Assembly (NCBI GenBank): GCA_002633005.1
Contig: NMRA01000162.1
Location: 254,255-318,254, forward strand
Direction: 5' to 3'
Source: Phoronis australis
Lineage: Eukaryota > Animalia > Phoronida
Length of the DNA: 64,000 bases
Shown here piece after piece: positions 59,201 through 64,000 of this stretch. Every line of letters starts with the position of its first letter. The stretch's first letter is position 1. A program made the position numbers and the translations under genes. The notes under the pieces are model-generated. The model was given only the letters and a program-made list of their open reading frames with translations, was not told the DNA's origin and did not search any database.

Positions 59201-62200
59201 ATTAACCTGTTACACACTTAGGGTTAATTAGGAAAATATAATTCAAAATGAACAAACTTAAGATAAGTCCAGAAGCATTAAATTTTGAGGGTTAAAAGTG
59301 TTACATAGATTACAATTAAGTCTGGTAGGCACGCCATCTATTGGCTACATCTGCGATGTGGTTAACAGGTGGCGTGCCGACCAGACTTTGTGATCTATAT
59401 TTTCATGCCAGTTCAAGATTTACAATTATTTACATTACACGCAGTAAATAAACATGCATATTATGCAAGAAAACATAACAAAAACAAATTTGCCAAGAAT
59501 TGCTGCAAAATATATCAAAAAGATCATAATTATAGCAAAATGAATAAAATATATCAGATGATATTTAAGTGTACAATGTCTTGTGTTATTCATACAATAC
59601 GGTGCAAATCTAGGACAATTATGTCATATTCGCGATGTCAAGAAATAATTTACGATTTATTTAATAAGTAATTACTTTCAGTTTAACAACAAAGTGTTCT
59701 CGTAAGAAATACAAATTCAGAACAACCATCGTTTCACACAAAGCCAATTTGTACTACCATCAAGATTTGTATATCTATAAACAAAGAACTGGACACACTA
59801 TGGAACAACGAAATCAGCTCACCTACATTAAGTGGACTTATCAAATTAATGTGCCACTGCAATGGCTGCCATTGACAAGGGAACAGCACGACAAAGGAAA
59901 ATCAATTGTTTTTGAAATAAAAAATTTAAATAACTTTTATGACCCATTGTCAAAGTTCCACATGTGGAGCACCTGGAAAATCATGGTGTTTAAATACCCC
60001 ACCATTTTAAACCCACACAATAATATTGAAAATTAACACAGTTGCTGTAAACATCACATTACCAGCGTGATATGCCACCGAGCCTTTCACCCATCCTGGA
60101 TGTTTGTTTTCCGGATATTTCTGCAACAAAAAAATCACAGCTTGAATAGAGAAAACCTTTGCTCCTCTGGTCACATGTTGCACATTCTCTGTAAAATTAC
60201 CAAACCAAAGCGTGATGCTCAAGAGCCAATCCTCATGAAAAGTTTATCTGACAAACAGAATGTTCATACAACATACTTGCTATGATAATAACCTTACCAC
60301 TAATCCCTCTTAATAGCAGTTTTTGAAATGACAAAAGTGAATTGATTGCATGAACAAACGTAAACAGCACAGAAAAGATTTCAGTACTTACAGGTATCTA
60401 ATGGATTAATCAGTATGACCTTAAACGTTTAATACTTCCATCTTCTGTCTCATGTCTGCCACTTGGGGAAGTCAAGGATTCAGGTGACGTTGGAAGACTC
60501 ACAGTAGATGTGTGGTAGAAAGTGTACGTCTGTCGGTTAACTCACCTTGTGAGCAACACCAATGGCAATGCAGCACTTCCTGCCCGGATGTACTATTTGG
60601 ATTTCAAAGTAGTGACATCGACGACTTAACGGCACACTGGCCTGCGCTAGGCCGTGGTCTTTATCTTTGATCATGCTTCCCTGCCCACAGTACTCTAAAT
60701 GCTGTAGCAAAAACAGACTGATGTAGGACAATTGGATGTCTCGATAATCATGCAAGAAGTTTAGACACGTATAGTAATTATCTTTCAACAATAACTTTGA
60801 CAACAAAGGGTATTGACAAACAATCAGCAGTTGCATCAGCACCAACTAAATGTTACATTTTGGGCCAAGATCCAATGTCGAAAACCTAAAATGAAATGCA
60901 AGCTGTCCAGCAAACAGCATAAGATTTTCTGGCCACACACAATAACTAAGCTAACAGCATCAAGATAAGAGTTGTTGAATAACGAATCAAGATATTTGCT
61001 TTGCTTTTTCAAACTTTGGGTGGACTAGTCTACGCAAATTAGTGATAATAGCGGGTCCAATTTACAGTCCTCGAAATTCCTAAAACTGCATCACGACCAT
61101 TTTGTGTAATGTGCTCAAAAGAACCTACCCCATCCTTGAGACGTATCTCACGCAGTCTGGCCCAGTCACTCAAAGTCGTCGGCACCCTCGTGACATCCGT
61201 GTCAAGGCGAACAAACTCTGCTTCCAAGTCCACTCTGCATCGTTCCTTCTCACCGTGTAGTGATACAGCAGGAAATAGTCCGCCGAACGGAACTATCACC
61301 TCTGAATGGCCAATCTGCAATAAAACAGAACCAGTGATCTGATGGTGATTTGACAAACAGGCCCACACAATGGATCACTGATAGAAGAACTGATGTGTTG
61401 AGGAGCACCAATGTGAGAGTATAGAGAGCACACTAAGACTTCTAAACCAAGGACCTTTTTGGTGTGTCCAATTTCTGCAAAATCTGTAAGAAGCTAATAT
61501 TGCCACGTATGCTAGCCTTATACTTTGACCCATGAGCCTATATTAGAAGCTGCACCTAAAATAAACTAATAGGCACATGCACCTTTTGAGTAAATGTAAC
61601 ACGCATAAAAGCGGTGCTTTGGATAAAGGTGCACCCTAATTGGTAAACCAAACCTTAAACATAGTTGGAAGTCCATACTCTGAAATAATAGAATTTAGTG
61701 TCACAAATATTACACTTGAACTTCACATCAAATAAACTGCACATGTCAAAACTACAATTGTGTGACACATATTCATCTGCAGAATATGGCAAATATAACT
61801 TCATGTAAATCCCGCCCTTCGAAAAATCTCAATATTCACTTGAATGGTTTGCTTGTAACTCTGCCATTTACATTTGATATACCTAGCAATGAACTTGTGA
61901 AATAAAGCATTCATTTAACTCATTCACTGACATTCGGGTCACTACTACTTAAAATATGTCATTAGGCCAAAATCTCAGTGTACAAAATGGCAGAGGATTT
62001 GATTCGTTGTCTTTAGAGAAAGGCAAAACACAAAGCAAAACATAACCGCGTTATCATTTATATCACTCCCTAAATATCATTAGGGAATTTGATTTGGTAC
62101 TTAGTACTTGTACAATCAGCAGGTATTCCCCCTTCTTTTTATTTATGTCAATTTCACAAATTAGAGAAAAAAGTTTCTATGGACCTTCACCACTGTTTGT

Positions 62201-62710
62201 GCATGCACCCCAATAAAAATTTTTAAAAATACTCTCAGTAATTTGGCGCTCAGAATGCATTGAAGATTCTTGCGAATGACACAGCCTCCCGTAATACAGT
62301 GTAGACCTACATATACGAGATATCAAAAGTCAGTTAACTCAACTTTAAGCACTTGTATTCATTTTTTCAGTTAGAAACTGTATTTTCACTAAATCAGATT
62401 TCCTGGGTGGTTTAAATCAAGGCAATGAAACATGCTTTTCCTTCAAAACTTTTTACGCATATTTTACACTACTGGTCTGGCTCAAACATTAATCATGTGT
62501 CGCGAATATCAAATAAAAAGACAATATCTATAATGTTTGAAATATTTCAGTAATCATGTGAAGGTTACCTCACTGCCATTTTTGGTGAAGAACACTTCTG
62601 CCTTGGATTCTTCGCTATTGTTGCTAACGAACCGAATGCCACAGCCCACTATGTCCTTATCGGTCAACTTGGGACCAAACCATTCGCCTGCCTTACCTTG
62701 TGTGTACGGT
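56089..62710 (-). CDS. SPRYD3: SPRY domain-containing protein 3, 3' part (5' exons not found in window); exons 62710-62569, 61314-61129, 60701-60546, 60120-60063, 58999-58829, 57817-57678, 56223-56089
   Basis: Tandem SPRY motifs: DIVGCGI...VFFTKNG; GGLFPAVSL; HYFEIQIV...CIAIGV; HPGWVKGSVAYHADDGKIF; GDIMGCGILF; acidic insert; C-terminus GGFFPTIGMMSSNERVLVDLQPLTG* like SPRYD3. All exons in phase with GT-AG introns. Confidence 0.9.
57678..57817 (-). CDS. SPRYD3: SPRYD3 exon (Asp/Ser-rich insert)
   Basis: SDTSGSDSDSDSGEQSDSSDSDPTLDDSEDETWWERENFQKRPVVE. Confidence 0.85.
58829..58999 (-). CDS. SPRYD3: SPRYD3 exon
   Basis: DGKIFTGIGRGKPLGPSCSKGDIMGCGILFPLE...; GTAAGG donor. Confidence 0.88.
60063..60120 (-). 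CDS. SPRYD3: SPRYD3 exon
   Basis: KYPENKHPGWVKGSVAYHA. Confidence 0.9.
60546..60701 (-). CDS. SPRYD3: SPRYD3 exon
   Basis: HLEYCGQGSMIKDKDHGLAQASVPLSRRCHYFEIQIVHPGRKCCIAIGVAHK. Confidence 0.9.
61129..61314 (-). CDS. SPRYD3: SPRYD3 exon
   Basis: IGHSEVIVPFGGLFPAVSLHGEKERCRVDLEAEF...DWARLREIRLKDG. Confidence 0.9.
62569..62710 (-). CDS. SPRYD3: SPRYD3 exon
   Basis: PYTQGKAGEWFGPKLTDKDIVGCGIRFVSNNSEESKAEVFFTKNGSE. Confidence 0.88.
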
Positions 62711-63139
62711 CTATAATAATATAAACAGTTATAATTTTAAATAAAATTAAAACAATAATCAAAATATGATAATTTATTGGGTAAAAAAATCCGTAAAACA
62801 AACAATCATGAGATTGCACATTACGCAGTAGAATGGAACTATAACAATTATGCAAGATGAATCATTATGAGAACAATTATACTAAATAAATAGTTAAAAT
62901 TATTATCAATTCCATATATTGTGGAAGACTTTGTTCAAAAGTCTAATGAAGGAAATTAGTGTACAGTGCAAAGCCAAAACTATTCACAGGTGAAATGACT
63001 TGAAAATCCCCATCATGACGACTAGGCATCTTGAGAGTAGTCTCCCCTGATGACCGAAAATGAAGGGGAAATAACAAGAAAGTTAGAAAGGTGGCTAAAC
63101 CATTCTGCAATTGACCTATCACCAGAATTTTGAGTGACA

Positions 63140-63295
63140 GATTAACTGACCAATCAGAATTATGCAGCATTCTTGACACACCTTCATTTCCAATCAGCCA
63201 TTTCCCTCTGACAAAAAACACGTTGCCAAGTGAAACTTATTGTTTGTCGACAATTCACAAGGGGGCGGAGCTTGCGATAGGTCAATTCGAATTTT
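63140..63295. repeat. Fragment of foldback family B
   Basis: TGACCAATCAGAA...GCATTCTTGACACACC and TTCACAAGGGGGCGGAGCTTGCGATAGGTCAATT match the arm at about 6030-6168. Confidence 0.6.
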
Positions 63296-64000
63296 GCCTG
63301 TCTCCGTAATAGTTACCAGACTGAGTGTTTTATTGTTTTGTTAACAGATTAGGATGTCATGACTGGAAAGTGTATTTTGTCAGCTTACTTTAGTGTTGTA
63401 AAGTAGCAATTAAGTTGATACACTGGCATATCAATTATGTACACCAGTCTGTTGTATTATTTAACTTAAAGTTTGAATTTTATAGCTGTTTCACCAAGAT
63501 TTTGTAGAGCAAAACTGTAAGATTCATTGAAGACTGCACGTAGCTAATATGGTGGCAAGAGATTAGTGCTAGTGGCCATGGTACCAGTAGTATCAATAGA
63601 CCCTGACTTTCCCAGCGATAACGGAAAATGGAAAGAGTCTAACTTTTTTCACAAATGCCTGAAGCAGATACCATAATTTTTTTGCAAATTTTGGTGTTTG
63701 ATTACCAAAAAACAAATAAATTTATTACATTCATCAAATCAAATAATTCCAGCCAAAACATAAGATAGAACAACCATAATTTTGCAGGTGTCACACAATT
63801 CTTTTCCCAGTTTTGAGAATCACAAACAGCACAAAAAGAAATTTGTCATCTAATTCATTGGTAAAATGGAGTTGCGGCATAATTCATGAGAAAACTTATT
63901 GAGACAAAAGGCAGTTATTTACTTAGTACTATCATTTTGAAAATTAGAATTTTATCTGTCATAAGACAAATTCCTCTGTTTTGAGAACAGAAAACCAGGG

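Noticed and set aside
62943-63221. ORF as the next upstream SPRYD3 exon
   Set aside because: No SPRY motif and it overlaps a repeat fragment; the upstream exons probably lie beyond the window.

Overview
AT-rich, intron-rich animal genomic DNA, most likely an invertebrate (the Pur gene has introns and the spliceosomal RRM protein is SNF/URB-type). Most entries in the prokaryote-style ORF track are spurious. Four conserved genes were rebuilt by hand from splice sites and frame continuity: Pur-alpha (+, CDS 3031-16659, 7 exons, 248 aa, one GC-AG intron); a U1A/U2B''/SNF two-RRM protein (-, CDS 21820-27382, 235 aa, 247 aa with a cassette exon); retromer VPS26 (+, CDS 33040-51894, 335 aa, with two mutually exclusive 107-nt exons); and the 3' part of SPRYD3 (-, 56089-62710, running off the window). 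SNF and VPS26 are head-to-head. Introns carry non-autonomous transposons (Kolobok/THAP, hAT, Tc2-like, Helentron-like, foldbacks) and minisatellites, and an L2-clade LINE remnant lies upstream of Pur-alpha. The most striking signal is four hairpins in the 3' UTR of the U1A/SNF gene, each with a C-G-closed 10-nt AUUGCACNNN loop. They mimic U1 snRNA stem-loop II, the RNA this protein family binds, and suggest an autoregulatory circuit built differently from the vertebrate PIE element.
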